64,000 nucleotides of DNA from Candidatus Micrarchaeota archaeon (GTDB taxonomy: Archaea > Micrarchaeota > Micrarchaeia > Norongarragalinales > Norongarragalinaceae), in assembly GCA_016188965.1 (NCBI GenBank), contig JACPGT010000002.1:245852-309851 (forward strand), given 5' to 3'. A program made the translations under genes and the position numbers. Positions 50,875 through 59,786 of the stretch are shown one piece after another; the first letter of the stretch is position 1; each line of letters starts with the position of its first letter. A model generated the notes under the pieces. The model was not told the origin of the DNA, made no database searches, and saw nothing but the letters and a program-made list of their open reading frames with translations.

Positions 50875-51935
50875 GCACCCGCCCCGAAATCATCAAGCTG
50901 TCCCCCCTCATCCGCGAGCTTGCGGCCCGCCGCGTGCCTTTTTCGCTGATCCACACCAACCAGCACTACTCGCCGGAAATGGACGCCGTATTCTTCGAAC
51001 AACTCCGCCTCCCCGCGCCTGACTTCAACCTCGGCGCCAGCGGCGGCACGCCCAGCATGCAGACCGCCCGGATCCTGGAAGCCATCGAACCGATCCTCGC
51101 ACGCCTGACGCCTGACGCCGTCGTCGTGCAAGGCGACACCAACTCCGTGCTGGCCGCCGCCCTCTCCGCCGCCAAGGCCGGCATCCCCGTCGCGCACGTC
51201 GAAGCCGGATTGCGCAGCCACGACTTGCGCATGCCCGAGGAATACAACCGCATCCTCACCGACCACTTCAGTGCCTTTCTCTTCCCGCCAACGGCCGAGG
51301 CGGCCGCCAACCTTGAAGGCGAAGGCATCGGACGCCGCGAAGTCCTCACCGCCCAAGGACCCCGCACGCCTTGCGTCCACATCAGCGGCAACACCGTGGT
51401 GGACGCGACCATGCAAAACCTCGCATTGACCCGCAAACCTCCCACTCCTGAAAAATTCGTCCTCTTGACGGTCCACCGCGCCGAAAACGTCGACGACCCG
51501 GCCTTCCTGAAGGACCTTGCCGCCGCCCTTACGACCGTCGCCCTGCCCATCCTGGCGCCTTTGCATCCCCGCACGATGAAGAACCTCGAACGCTTCGGAC
51601 TCACGCTTCCGGTCACGGTCCTGCCGCCCCAAGGATACCTTGAATTCCTCGCCTTGGAAAAAGCCGCCCAATACGTCATCACGGACTCCGGCGGCGTCCA
51701 GGAAGAAGCCTGCACCTTAGGCATTCCCTGCGTGACGGTCCGCAAGACCACCGACCGGCCCGAGACGGTCACTGCCGGCGCCAACCTCCTGGCCGGCACC
51801 AGCCGCGAAGGCATGGCCGCCGCTTTCGCCAACGCCTCACGCATTACCCGCGGATGGAAGAACCCGTACGGAGACGGCCACGCCGCCTCCACCATCACCG
51901 ACGTCCTGATGCACCACTTACCCCAAGGAGCGTGA
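50856..51935 (+). CDS. UDP-N-acetylglucosamine 2-epimerase (WecB/WbpI-like), copy 2
   Basis: MLALVLGTRPEIIKLSPL...HTNQHYSPEMD...GDTNSVLA...HVEAGLRS. Confidence 0.8.
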   Translation: MLALVLGTRPEIIKLSPLIRELAARRVPFSLIHTNQHYSPEMDAVFFEQLRLPAPDFNLGASGGTPSMQTARILEAIEPILARLTPDAVVVQGDTNSVLAAALSAAKAGIPVAHVEAGLRSHDLRMPEEYNRILTDHFSAFLFPPTAEAAANLEGEGIGRREVLTAQGPRTPCVHISGNTVVDATMQNLALTRKPPTPEKFVLLTVHRAENVDDPAFLKDLAAALTTVALPILAPLHPRTMKNLERFGLTLPVTVLPPQGYLEFLALEKAAQYVITDSGGVQEEACTLGIPCVTVRKTTDRPETVTAGANLLAGTSREGMAAAFANASRITRGWKNPYGDGHAASTITDVLMHHLPQGA

Positions 51936-51944
51936 AACCAAGAA

Positions 51945-52553
51945 ATGGCCAACGTACGAATCCATCCGACCGCCGACGTCTCCGACAAAGCCGTCCTCGG
52001 CGACGGCACCAGCGTGTGGAACCAGGCGCAAGTCCGCGAAAACGCCCACTTGGGCAAGAATTGTATCGTGTCCAAGAACGTCTACATCGACTTTGACGTG
52101 ACCATCGGCGACCACTGCAAGATCCAGAACAACTGCTCCATCTACCACGGCGCCACGTTGGGCAACGGCGTGTTCGTCGGACCCCACTGCATCGTCACCA
52201 ACGACCGCTTCCCCCGCGCCGTCAACCCCGACGGCTCCCTCAAGGGCAACGCCGACTGGAAAGTCTACGCCACGCGCATCGAGGACGGCGCGGCCTTGGG
52301 CGCCGGCACCATCCTCGTCTGCGGCGTGACCGTCGGCAAATGGGCCATGACCGGCTCCGGCTCCGTCGTCACCAAGGACGTGCCCCCCCACGCGCTGGTC
52401 GCCGGAAACCCCGCTCGCGTCAAGGGCTTCGTCTGCGCCTGCGGCATGAAACTGAACCTGCCGGAAAAGACGGCCGACGGCGTCCAGATGACGTGCACCG
52501 GCTGCCAGAAGACCCAAACCATCCCGACAAAGGACTACGAGTTGATGAAATGA
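51945..52553 (+). CDS. Hexapeptide-repeat N-acetyltransferase (WbpD-like)
   Basis: Left-handed beta-helix hexads plus a C-terminal CACG...CTGC Zn-ribbon-like tail; the stop overlaps the next start (ATGA). Confidence 0.7.
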   Translation: MANVRIHPTADVSDKAVLGDGTSVWNQAQVRENAHLGKNCIVSKNVYIDFDVTIGDHCKIQNNCSIYHGATLGNGVFVGPHCIVTNDRFPRAVNPDGSLKGNADWKVYATRIEDGAALGAGTILVCGVTVGKWAMTGSGSVVTKDVPPHALVAGNPARVKGFVCACGMKLNLPEKTADGVQMTCTGCQKTQTIPTKDYELMK

Positions 52554-53623
52554 TCGGAATCGCAAAACCCATGATCGACCAAACGGATGCCGACGCCGTC
52601 CTGTCCGCACTCAAGAGCGGACAGCTGACCGGCGGGCCCATTGTGCAGCAGTTCGAGACTGACCTTGCGCAATACAGCGGTTACAAGCACGCCGTCGTCG
52701 TGTCCAGCGGAACGGCCGCGCTGCACATCGCCATGCATGCCTTAGGCATCAAAGCCGGCGACGAAGTCGTCGTTCCCGACTTCACCTTCATCGCCACGGC
52801 CAACGCGGCCCGCTACGTCGGCGCCACGCCCGTCTTTGCCGACGTCGACGCCCGCACCTTTAACCTGGATTCGGCCAGCCTGGCGTCGAAAATCACGCCC
52901 AAGACCAAAGCCATCATCCCCGTATCCCTCTACGGCCAGGCCTACGACGTGGACGCCGTGTCCGAAATCGCCCGCAAGCACGACCTGCCCGTCATTAGCG
53001 ACAACTGCCAGGCCATCGGCACCGCGTGGAACGCAAAGCGCAACCTCGGCGATGCCATGGCCACGCTTTCGTTCTATCCGACGAAGAACATGACATCCAC
53101 CGAAGGCGGCGCCATCCTCACCGACCGCGACGAATGGGCCGAAGAATGCCGCCTTTGGCGCAACATCGGACAGCGCAAACCCTACGACTACGCCCACGTC
53201 GGCTACAACTACCGCCTTAACAGCGTTTCGGCCGCCTTGGGTCTTTCGCAACTCAAACGCCTGGACGCCTTCACGCGCAAACGCCAGGAAAACGCCCGCA
53301 CTCTGAACGACTTGCTGCACGGTACGGCCGGAATCGAACTTCCCTATGCGGATGCCCGCGCCACGCACGTGTACAACCAGTACACGCTGAAAGTCGCAGG
53401 CTCAAAGCGCGACGCGCTCAAGGCCCACTTGCAACAAAGCGGCGTCGGGTCCAACGTCTACTATCCGATGCCCTTGAGCACGCTGGAGACTTTCGGCAAG
53501 ACCGCCGGAAGCCCGACGGCAAACCGGATCAGCGCCGAAGTGCTTTCCATCCCGGTGCATCCCGCACTGACGGATGACGAATTGCAGACGGTCGGCGCGG
53601 CCGTGAAAAGCTTCAAAGGGTGA
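52550..53623 (+). CDS. DegT/DnrJ/EryC1/StrS-family sugar aminotransferase (WbpE-like), copy 2
   Basis: Start at ATG 52550 ([11 protein letters not shown]...); [10 protein letters not shown] (PLP Lys). Confidence 0.8.
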   Translation: MIGIAKPMIDQTDADAVLSALKSGQLTGGPIVQQFETDLAQYSGYKHAVVVSSGTAALHIAMHALGIKAGDEVVVPDFTFIATANAARYVGATPVFADVDARTFNLDSASLASKITPKTKAIIPVSLYGQAYDVDAVSEIARKHDLPVISDNCQAIGTAWNAKRNLGDAMATLSFYPTKNMTSTEGGAILTDRDEWAEECRLWRNIGQRKPYDYAHVGYNYRLNSVSAALGLSQLKRLDAFTRKRQENARTLNDLLHGTAGIELPYADARATHVYNQYTLKVAGSKRDALKAHLQQSGVGSNVYYPMPLSTLETFGKTAGSPTANRISAEVLSIPVHPALTDDELQTVGAAVKSFKG

Positions 53624-53632
53624 TTTGGGCGT

Positions 53633-54622
53633 ATGGATGTATTAGTCGCCGGAGCCGGATCGATGGGCCGCAACCACTGCCGTGCCTACAGCGCCAACGC
53701 CCGCGTGGACCACGTTTTTGTGTACGAGCCGTATGCCGAATCCCGCGCCGCGCTTGAGGCCATGAACCTGGAAAAGGTGGTGTTCATCGACTCCATTGCC
53801 GACGCAAAGGCCAACGGCATCCAGGCGGCAAGCGTCGTCACGCCCACTGACACGCATTTCAGCGTGGCTTCGGACCTCGTCGGCGCCGGCATCGACGTTT
53901 TGGTCGAAAAACCCATCACCACTACTCTTGAACAAGGCCGCGAACTGGCATCCGCCGCCCACCGATCCGACGTATTAGTCATGCCCGGCCACATCGAACG
54001 GTTCAACCCCGCCGTCCGCGCCCTCAAGAAGAACATGTCCAGCCTCGGCACCATCGTCTACGCCTCCGCCCACCGCTTCGGCATCCCCACTAACCGCCGC
54101 CTGGCCGACGCTTTTTTGGACCAAGCCGTGCACGACATGGACGTGCTGTCCTACCTCACCGGCGAGGCACCCCGGGACATCCGCGCCATCAGCCAACGCA
54201 TCCTCGATGCGCACGCCAACGATTTGTGCTCGGCCATCGTGCACTACGACGGCTTCTATGCCACGATCGAGGCCAACCGCGTCACGCCCATCAAGACCCG
54301 CGAACTCATCGTGCTGGGCACCAAGGGATCCGCCCGCCTCGACTACATTTCCCAGGAATTGGTCGTGATGCATTCCGAAGCGAGCCAGACTAAGTTCAGC
54401 TCGTTCGACGAAATCCTCATGCGCGTCGGCCGCGGAACCGAAGTCCATCCCTACTTCCAAAAGGATGAACCGCTGCGCGTCGAACTGGACCACTTCCTGG
54501 CATGCTCGGAAGGCAAGGAAAAACCCCTCGTCACCGCCGAAGACGGCATCCGCGCCGTGGCCGCCGTGGCCGCCGGCATGAAATCAGCCAAAGACGGCAC
54601 CGTCGAAAAAATAGGCGCTTGA
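53633..54622 (+). CDS. Gfo/Idh/MocA-family oxidoreductase (WbpB-like)
   Basis: N-terminal Rossmann VLVAGAGSMGRNH, and EKP in VLVEKPIT. Confidence 0.7.
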   Translation: MDVLVAGAGSMGRNHCRAYSANARVDHVFVYEPYAESRAALEAMNLEKVVFIDSIADAKANGIQAASVVTPTDTHFSVASDLVGAGIDVLVEKPITTTLEQGRELASAAHRSDVLVMPGHIERFNPAVRALKKNMSSLGTIVYASAHRFGIPTNRRLADAFLDQAVHDMDVLSYLTGEAPRDIRAISQRILDAHANDLCSAIVHYDGFYATIEANRVTPIKTRELIVLGTKGSARLDYISQELVVMHSEASQTKFSSFDEILMRVGRGTEVHPYFQKDEPLRVELDHFLACSEGKEKPLVTAEDGIRAVAAVAAGMKSAKDGTVEKIGA

Positions 54623-54652
54623 ACCAAACGCCCGAAACACGCGTCGGTCCCG

Positions 54653-55345
54653 TCAGCTGCGTGCCGCGTCGCACAACACTTCGAATTGCCGCAACAAGGC
54701 CCCGCCCGTGCGCTCCACGTAGACATCCGCGCCGTCGAACGCCTCCGGATGAAACTGAGTGCCCCAAATCGGCCTGCTTGTGTGACGCACCAACTGGACT
54801 TCGGACTCTTTGAGCGCGGCATTGGCCTTTTGCCACGCCGGTTCCGGCACCGCCACGTTTTCAAGCACGGCCGGAAGGCTTTCCAACATGACTTCCTGGT
54901 TGTGGCTTTCTTCTGCAGCGAACGTCCCACCGACGTTCACGGATGGCAACAAGGCGACCGGTTTTTCCAATACCAATCGCGCCGGCATGTTGTTCTTGCG
55001 CGGCGTATCCGGTTTGATGAAATCCACCGTCGCGCCGAACGCATGGCACAACAACTGGTGGCCGAAACACGTGCCCAACACGGGCTTGGGACTGTCCAGA
55101 ATGAACCGAATTTGGTCTTTCATCCAGGATTCTTGCGGCTTTCCGATGTCCGTCACGTCGTGCGGCGAGCCGGACAGCACGAATCCGTCATATCGCCCAT
55201 AAAGCGATTGCCGGAATTCCGCTTCGCCCAATTCGCTGCGGTGCACGACATCCAACTCGGAAAACCACTTGCGAAAACGCGCCGTCCTCCTCGACGGCCC
55301 GCCTTCCGCGTCGTCAAAATTGTTGATCAGTGCCAGCTTCGCCAT
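54653..55345 (-). CDS. Class I glutamine amidotransferase
   Basis: Nucleophile elbow GTCFGHQ and a C-terminal FHPE (His/Glu region). Confidence 0.7.
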   Translation of the reverse strand: MAKLALINNFDDAEGGPSRRTARFRKWFSELDVVHRSELGEAEFRQSLYGRYDGFVLSGSPHDVTDIGKPQESWMKDQIRFILDSPKPVLGTCFGHQLLCHAFGATVDFIKPDTPRKNNMPARLVLEKPVALLPSVNVGGTFAAEESHNQEVMLESLPAVLENVAVPEPAWQKANAALKESEVQLVRHTSRPIWGTQFHPEAFDGADVYVERTGGALLRQFEVLCDAARS

Positions 55346-56276
55346 GTGCCGTCTTCTTTCTCCAATCCGTCAACAACTCTTTCCAACCTAACGCCGCGTC
55401 GACGCCGAACTCCATCACGCGCGCCAACAACATCACGGCCGCGGCCTGCGTCAAGACGATTCCCGCGGCCAGCGAGAACAAGTACGCGCCGGCGCCTTCC
55501 TGCAGGCCCAAACCGGCCAACGACAACGGCACGAACGACAGCGCCGTGACCAACGCGCTGACCAACGTGGTGGCGACGAACACTTCGGTGCCGCCAAGTC
55601 CCAACGCCATGAACACCATCATCCAACCCGTCCCGCGCAACGCCGCGCCCACCAAACTCAAGCCCACGTTGCTCAACAAGAATCCCAACGACGCTTCGGA
55701 ATCCAACGCGCTTTGGTACGCCACGGCCAACCGCGAGCCCAAAACGGGCACTTTAGGCAGCCAGCGGCCGATGCGCTGCGAGCGGAACGCCACCAAGTAG
55801 AACAACCCGGCGCCCAACGCCAGCATGACGATGCCGATGAAGACGAAAACGCCGGCGCCGATTTTGCCCGCGAAATACAAGACGGCCGTTGCCGCCAACA
55901 ACGCGCGGCCCAGGAAATCCGAGGCGAAAACCACGCCCAGCGCCTTGATGGACTTGCCGCTGTCAAAACCACTGGCCCGCAACTTCAACACCAAACTGGA
56001 GTATCCGGCTCGGCCGGGCGTAAAGTCGCTGATGAGCATGGCCGTCATGTGCTTGAAGAACAAGTCGGCCGTCCAACTCGTCTTGAGCGCCCAGGCGATG
56101 CGGAAACTGTTCAGGACGTTCATCGCGGCGTAAAACACGGCGCCCAGCAGGATGAACTCCACGCGGGCTTTGGCCAGAATGCCGCCCACCGCTTGCAGGC
56201 CGATGCCTTGCAGAAACCAATACGCCAAGGCCAACGCGACGACGACGTTGGCCGCAATGAGCAGTCGCTTGTCCAT
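55314..56276 (-). CDS. Flippase-like/LPG-synthase-TM-type membrane protein (UPF0104 family)
   Basis: 320 aa, polytopic, with the family-like motif ISDFTPGRAGY. Confidence 0.6.
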   Translation of the reverse strand: MDKRLLIAANVVVALALAYWFLQGIGLQAVGGILAKARVEFILLGAVFYAAMNVLNSFRIAWALKTSWTADLFFKHMTAMLISDFTPGRAGYSSLVLKLRASGFDSGKSIKALGVVFASDFLGRALLAATAVLYFAGKIGAGVFVFIGIVMLALGAGLFYLVAFRSQRIGRWLPKVPVLGSRLAVAYQSALDSEASLGFLLSNVGLSLVGAALRGTGWMMVFMALGLGGTEVFVATTLVSALVTALSFVPLSLAGLGLQEGAGAYLFSLAAGIVLTQAAAVMLLARVMEFGVDAALGWKELLTDWRKKTAHGEAGTDQQF

Positions 56277-56284
56277 ATGCCGTT

Positions 56285-56378
56285 ATAGCAAACCTTGAAA
56301 TTATCCCAATAAATACTCAAGGTTTGCTAGACAGTAAACCAAGAGTATTTAGTCGGGTTACTTTCTTGGTTTACTGTA
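56285..56378. repeat. Double-hairpin element; 56295..56378 is copy B of the 84-bp repeat
   Basis: ATAGCAAACCTTGA-N18-TCAAGGTTTGCTAg (56285-56330), then acagtaaaccaaga/tcttggtttactgt (56331-56344/56364-56377). The last 7 codons and the stop of the MurG-like gene lie inside it. Confidence 0.9.
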
Positions 56379-57539
56379 ACTCCGCTTTTTGCGTTTCCGG
56401 ATTAAGCCGAGCGTCGTTTCCACAACCCGCTGGGCGCCATCCGTTGATCCCAATTGTCCCGCCAGGCGTCCCGCCAGGTCGTCACGCAACTGCGGATCCC
56501 CATGCAATCGGTTGATGGCGTTGGCCAACTTCATTCCGGTCAAATCCTTCTGCCAAATGACGTTGATTGCTCCTTCTTGCTGCAGTCGGGTCGGAAGCGT
56601 CTGCTGGCCTCCCGCTCCTTCAAACGGCACGGCAATCACCGCGCGCGATTTCCCGCGTTGATCCCTGAACGCGGCGATTTCGGCCAACGTGGTCGCACCC
56701 CCGCGCATCACGATCACGTCGGCATCTTGGTAGGCCTTGGCCACGTCATCGACGTACGGCACCGCGCGGTGCCCATGTCCCGGCAGCCGTTGATATTCTG
56801 CATTCACCGCTTCGAAGTGTGGCGTTCCGGTCATGTGGGTCACGCGGATTCCTTCGTCCAAATGCGGCAACGCCGCTAAGACGGACTCATTCAATACTTT
56901 CGATCCTTGGCTGCCTCCGAAGACCCACACCGAAAAACCCGTCTTGCCCAGGGTCGCCACGGGCGTATTCGGTCGCTTTCTCACCACGGCGGCCACGTTG
57001 GTCTTTCCCCGCGGAAAGCGGTCCAAGAAAGCCGAAAACGGCGTGTACATGGCATTGACAACCCGGGACAAAAACCGGTTGGCCATCCCTGGCGCCCCGT
57101 TGGGTTCGTACGCGACGATGGGTATTCCCCGAAGTTTGGCTGCCAACGCGACGGGAATCGAGCCGTACGCGCCCGTAGTCACCACGGCATCCGTCCGATT
57201 CTTCTTCAAAAGCTGCCAGCTTCTGACCGTTGCCGGAAGCAAAGCCGCTACTGCCCGGATTTTCCCCCATGGCGTTTGCCCGGCGAACGGCTCCGCTCGG
57301 ATCAAATCGATGTCAAAACCCGCTTGAGGGACCAGGTCCTTTTCCATCCGGTCCGTCGTACCGATGAACCGGACTTCGTGGCCTTGCCGACGAAATTCGG
57401 AACCGATTTCGATGCCCGGATAAATGTGGCCCCCGGTGCCGATGGCGGCGACCACGATGCGGGCTGGCTTGACGGAGCTACGCTTCGCGGCGGACGGCCG
57501 CTCCCGGTCTAGACTTGATTTTTCAGAATACCGGTTCAT
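56358..57539 (-). CDS. MurG/Alg13-14/Agl24-like GT28 UDP-GlcNAc transferase
   Basis: Start at ATG 57539 (MNRYSEK...); GTGGHIYPG, FGGSQGS and MRGGATTLAEI motifs. Confidence 0.75.
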   Translation of the reverse strand: MNRYSEKSSLDRERPSAAKRSSVKPARIVVAAIGTGGHIYPGIEIGSEFRRQGHEVRFIGTTDRMEKDLVPQAGFDIDLIRAEPFAGQTPWGKIRAVAALLPATVRSWQLLKKNRTDAVVTTGAYGSIPVALAAKLRGIPIVAYEPNGAPGMANRFLSRVVNAMYTPFSAFLDRFPRGKTNVAAVVRKRPNTPVATLGKTGFSVWVFGGSQGSKVLNESVLAALPHLDEGIRVTHMTGTPHFEAVNAEYQRLPGHGHRAVPYVDDVAKAYQDADVIVMRGGATTLAEIAAFRDQRGKSRAVIAVPFEGAGGQQTLPTRLQQEGAINVIWQKDLTGMKLANAINRLHGDPQLRDDLAGRLAGQLGSTDGAQRVVETTLGLIRKRKKRSYSKPRK

Positions 57540-57629
57540 TCGTTTCCCAAATGAAACTTTCAACCTGCCGATATTAATGACCGCGGTTCCAACGGCCTGC
57601 TGGAACCTGAAAAACGAAGAAAAAGAAAA

Positions 57630-57724
57630 TGGACTCGGCGGGAAGTGCAACCCGGACCGCGGGAGGCTCCGCCTCCCCCAGTCCTTGGTAACCCCGACCC
57701 CTCCCCGGGTTTGCCTTGCGAATC
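57630..57724 (-). other. Degenerate tRNA-Ala 3'-portion-like sequence (not a functional tRNA)
   Basis: The minus strand ends in ...GGGTTGCACTTCCCGCCGAGTCCA, whose last 14 nt match the tRNA-Ala 3' end. It also contains TTCGCAAGGC (anticodon-loop-like). No matching 5' half, and the T-arm is imperfect. Confidence 0.5.
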
Positions 57725-57736
57725 AAAAGAAGATAG

Positions 57737-57808
57737 TGGACTCGGCGGGAATTGAACCCGCGGTCTCCGCCTTGCGAAGGCGGCGTCTTACCACTCGACT
57801 ACGAGCCC
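57737..57808 (-). tRNA. tRNA-Ala(CGC)
   Basis: Minus strand GGGCTCGTAGTCGAGTGGTAAGACGCCGCCTTCGCAAGGCGGAGACCGCGGGTTCAATTCCCGCCGAGTCCA: cloverleaf with the G3:U70 identity pair, anticodon loop TTCGCAA, 72 nt, CCA not encoded. Confidence 0.9.
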
Positions 57809-58012
57809 TTTGCGATACGCAAAGACTAACTGCTTCTTTCTTTTGGATAGGTCAGCTTTTCTTTTCTTCGCAAGAAAGAAAAGATGACCGCGTTCTTGCC
57901 ACTCGACTACGAGCCCTTTGCGATTCGCAAAGACTAATTGGTTCTTTCTTTTGGGGCGCCTTAGCTTTTCTTTCTTCCCAAGAAAGAAAAGACGGGCCTC
58001 GACTGCGAGCCC
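57791..58012. repeat. Tandem repeat (about 108/98-bp units) reiterating the tRNA-Ala 5' 18-27 nt plus upstream hairpins
   Basis: ccactcgactacgagccc at 57791 and 57899 (identical) and a degenerate copy cctcgactgcgagccc at 57997. The first two are followed by ctttgcgaWWcgcaaag hairpins and by long hairpins (57850-57889; 57965-57991). Confidence 0.85.
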
Positions 58013-58197
58013 TTTTGAGCAAAGCGTTCGGCCCATCAACGCTTTTTGCGTTGTTGGTCGCTGGACTTGGCTTTTCGCCAAGTCTTCGCGCCCTGCCGGG
58101 TACAAACGCAAGCGGTTTGGTTCCGAGGTCTTTCTTTTGGCTACTGACTCGTGGTTTGCGTTAGCCGTTGGAAAATGGGTTGTGCGTCGTGGCCGTT

Positions 58198-58950
58198 TTA
58201 AGGCTTTGGAGCATTGGCTTCGCGCACGGGCGCCAGCCAATTTTCGTTTGCCGCCTTTCCGGACGTCGTCTCCACGGTTGCTTTTTTCACTTCCTGGTAT
58301 TCCAAAAGTTCGTGCGTCGTGATGCTGCAGCCGGCTTTTTTCACGGCGAACAAGGCGGCGTGGAACGCCTTTTCCTCGTTTTTTGCGTACGCCTGGAAAA
58401 AGCCTTTTTCGAACGCGATGGCCAGCACTTCCGTCGAACGCACGCAATTCATGCCTTTGAGAAGCTTCTGGAGGCGTTCCGACGCGTCGGCGTTGACTTT
58501 GACTTTTCCGCGGTATTCCCGCTCCAAACTCTGGCGTAGCAAGGCGGAGTCCTCGATGAACAACCGCGTCGTCTTCTCATCCACCAGGATGGCCCGAGCC
58601 TGCATCTCGTCGTACGCCGCCAACGCCTCCGCTTCGCCCGCGTGCAGGATTTTTAATGGACGGCCGTTGACGGAAAACACGTTATTGGCATGTTCCAACA
58701 CCTGCCCGGTCTTCGGAGGCGCGCGCTTGGACGGCGTGCGCTCCAGTACGCCTTCCTGCAAGGCCCGTTCGATCTTGAACGCGGAAAACGCGTATTGCGC
58801 GATTTCCTCCGGCCGCTGGATCGTCTCGAATACCACTGCCGGCGGCACGAAGAACCGCGCGCCCGCCTTTTGCTTGAGGAACGCCAGCGCGTCAAGGGTC
58901 CCAGTCTCGGCCAGCGCTATGAGCGTGGAACTGTCACACACGAAGTTCAT
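58198..58950 (-). CDS. PIN-domain-like protein with a C-terminal extension
   Basis: Start at ATG 58950 (MNFVCDSSTLIALAETG..., a typical PIN N-terminal Asp motif), with a later acidic residue in ILVDEKT. ATGA overlap with the upstream gene. Confidence 0.45.
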   Translation of the reverse strand: MNFVCDSSTLIALAETGTLDALAFLKQKAGARFFVPPAVVFETIQRPEEIAQYAFSAFKIERALQEGVLERTPSKRAPPKTGQVLEHANNVFSVNGRPLKILHAGEAEALAAYDEMQARAILVDEKTTRLFIEDSALLRQSLEREYRGKVKVNADASERLQKLLKGMNCVRSTEVLAIAFEKGFFQAYAKNEEKAFHAALFAVKKAGCSITTHELLEYQEVKKATVETTSGKAANENWLAPVREANAPKP

Positions 58951-59474
58951 GCGAATAGTCCCCGCGTGCGGTCCAACCGTTTCGGAATGCTTATCGTTTC
59001 GTACTTTTCCGCGATTTTGGTGCCGCCGATGTACGACGCCGCTTCGCTCAACGGCGCTCCAGACAATTGGGCGGCCTTGGCCAACGACGCGCCGTGCGCG
59101 TACATTTGCGCCGCGGCCTTGAGCCGGCCTTTTTCCACCGTGCTCTGCGCGAAACGGCCGAATTTCTGGCTCAATTCGTGCACGCGTTCCATCAGCCGGT
59201 GGACGGTGCGCGGCGCGTCGCCGTCCTCCGTGCATTCGAACAATTCTTCTTCGACCTGCTTGACGAACTCGGCCCACTCGCGGCTTCGGCGGATGTAATG
59301 TTTCTGGGACAGCTTGTACAACGAATACGCCACGAGCGACGTTTCCAACAATTCCTCGTTCTCGTGTACCAACGCGTCGCGCGCGGCGTCGGAACCGATT
59401 TCCTTGACGGCTTCCATGTCTTTCTTGCGGACCGCGTCCAACAATCGCTCAAGCGTCTCGTTCAGGATGGCCAT
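58947..59474 (-). CDS. Hypothetical helical protein, translationally coupled to the PIN-like gene
   Basis: 175-aa ORF; no motif recognised. Confidence 0.5.
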   Translation of the reverse strand: MAILNETLERLLDAVRKKDMEAVKEIGSDAARDALVHENEELLETSLVAYSLYKLSQKHYIRRSREWAEFVKQVEEELFECTEDGDAPRTVHRLMERVHELSQKFGRFAQSTVEKGRLKAAAQMYAHGASLAKAAQLSGAPLSEAASYIGGTKIAEKYETISIPKRLDRTRGLFA

Positions 59475-59592
59475 GCAGGGCTAAATCATTGGCCGCATTT
59501 ATATCTAGTTTTTGTCCGGTTTGTAAAGCGACGGCGGACGCCACTTGCGCCGGCTTGGTCTGTTTTTGTCTAATCCGGCTCAAAACGGCTTC

Positions 59593-59711
59593 CTGCACAC
59601 AAAATACGGTCTCTGCACACAAAATCAAAGAATCAGAAGCTTAGAGGCAAATATGTGTGCAACGCCTTTGAAATCGGTAGGCTTATAAACTGTCACGATA
59701 TTATCATGACA
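59593..59711. promoter_or_regulatory. Operator-like repeats in a divergent intergenic region
   Basis: CTGCACACAAAAT twice (59593-59605, 59613-59625) and the inverted TTGCACACATAT (59651-59662). TATA-like cttataaac (59682-59690) is immediately followed by the 21-nt near-palindrome tgtcacgatattatcatgaca (59691-59711). Confidence 0.5.
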
Positions 59712-59786
59712 TGTTCGTGGTGGGGTCGCGCCGGTGGCGTGACTTTTTCGCGAATACAAGGAACCCATTGAGGAAATAAAAGCGTT

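Noticed and set aside
1-56378. The 84-bp direct repeats as att sites of a 56-kb integrated element.
   Set aside because: The enclosed region is full of housekeeping genes (nrdDG, DRG, NucS, aglB). No integrase lies near either repeat (the only one belongs to the tRNA-Leu provirus), and the repeat belongs to a wider palindrome family found at other intergenic sites.
28949-57539. Peptidoglycan or pseudomurein synthesis inferred from MraY-like, MurG-like, FemAB-like and deacetylase genes.
   Set aside because: No Mur ligases, racemases or transpeptidases are present in the window. AglB and a flippase are present, and MraY/MurG homologues are standard in dolichol-linked N-glycan core synthesis (Alg7, Alg13/14, Agl24).
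57630-57724. A second functional tRNA, or a split-tRNA 3' half paired with the repeated 5' fragments (Nanoarchaeum-style).
   Set aside because: No complementary leader/trailer sequences link the fragments. The T-arm is imperfect (4-bp stem, 8-nt loop), the candidate 5' strand would give a 55-nt molecule, and the trailers of the 5' fragments fold on themselves instead.
57788-58447. A 219-aa Lys/Arg-rich ORF with the repeated peptide LVFAxRKGLVVEW.
   Set aside because: It is simply the translation of the tRNA-fragment tandem repeat and adjacent hairpins. It has no start context and overlaps tRNA-Ala.
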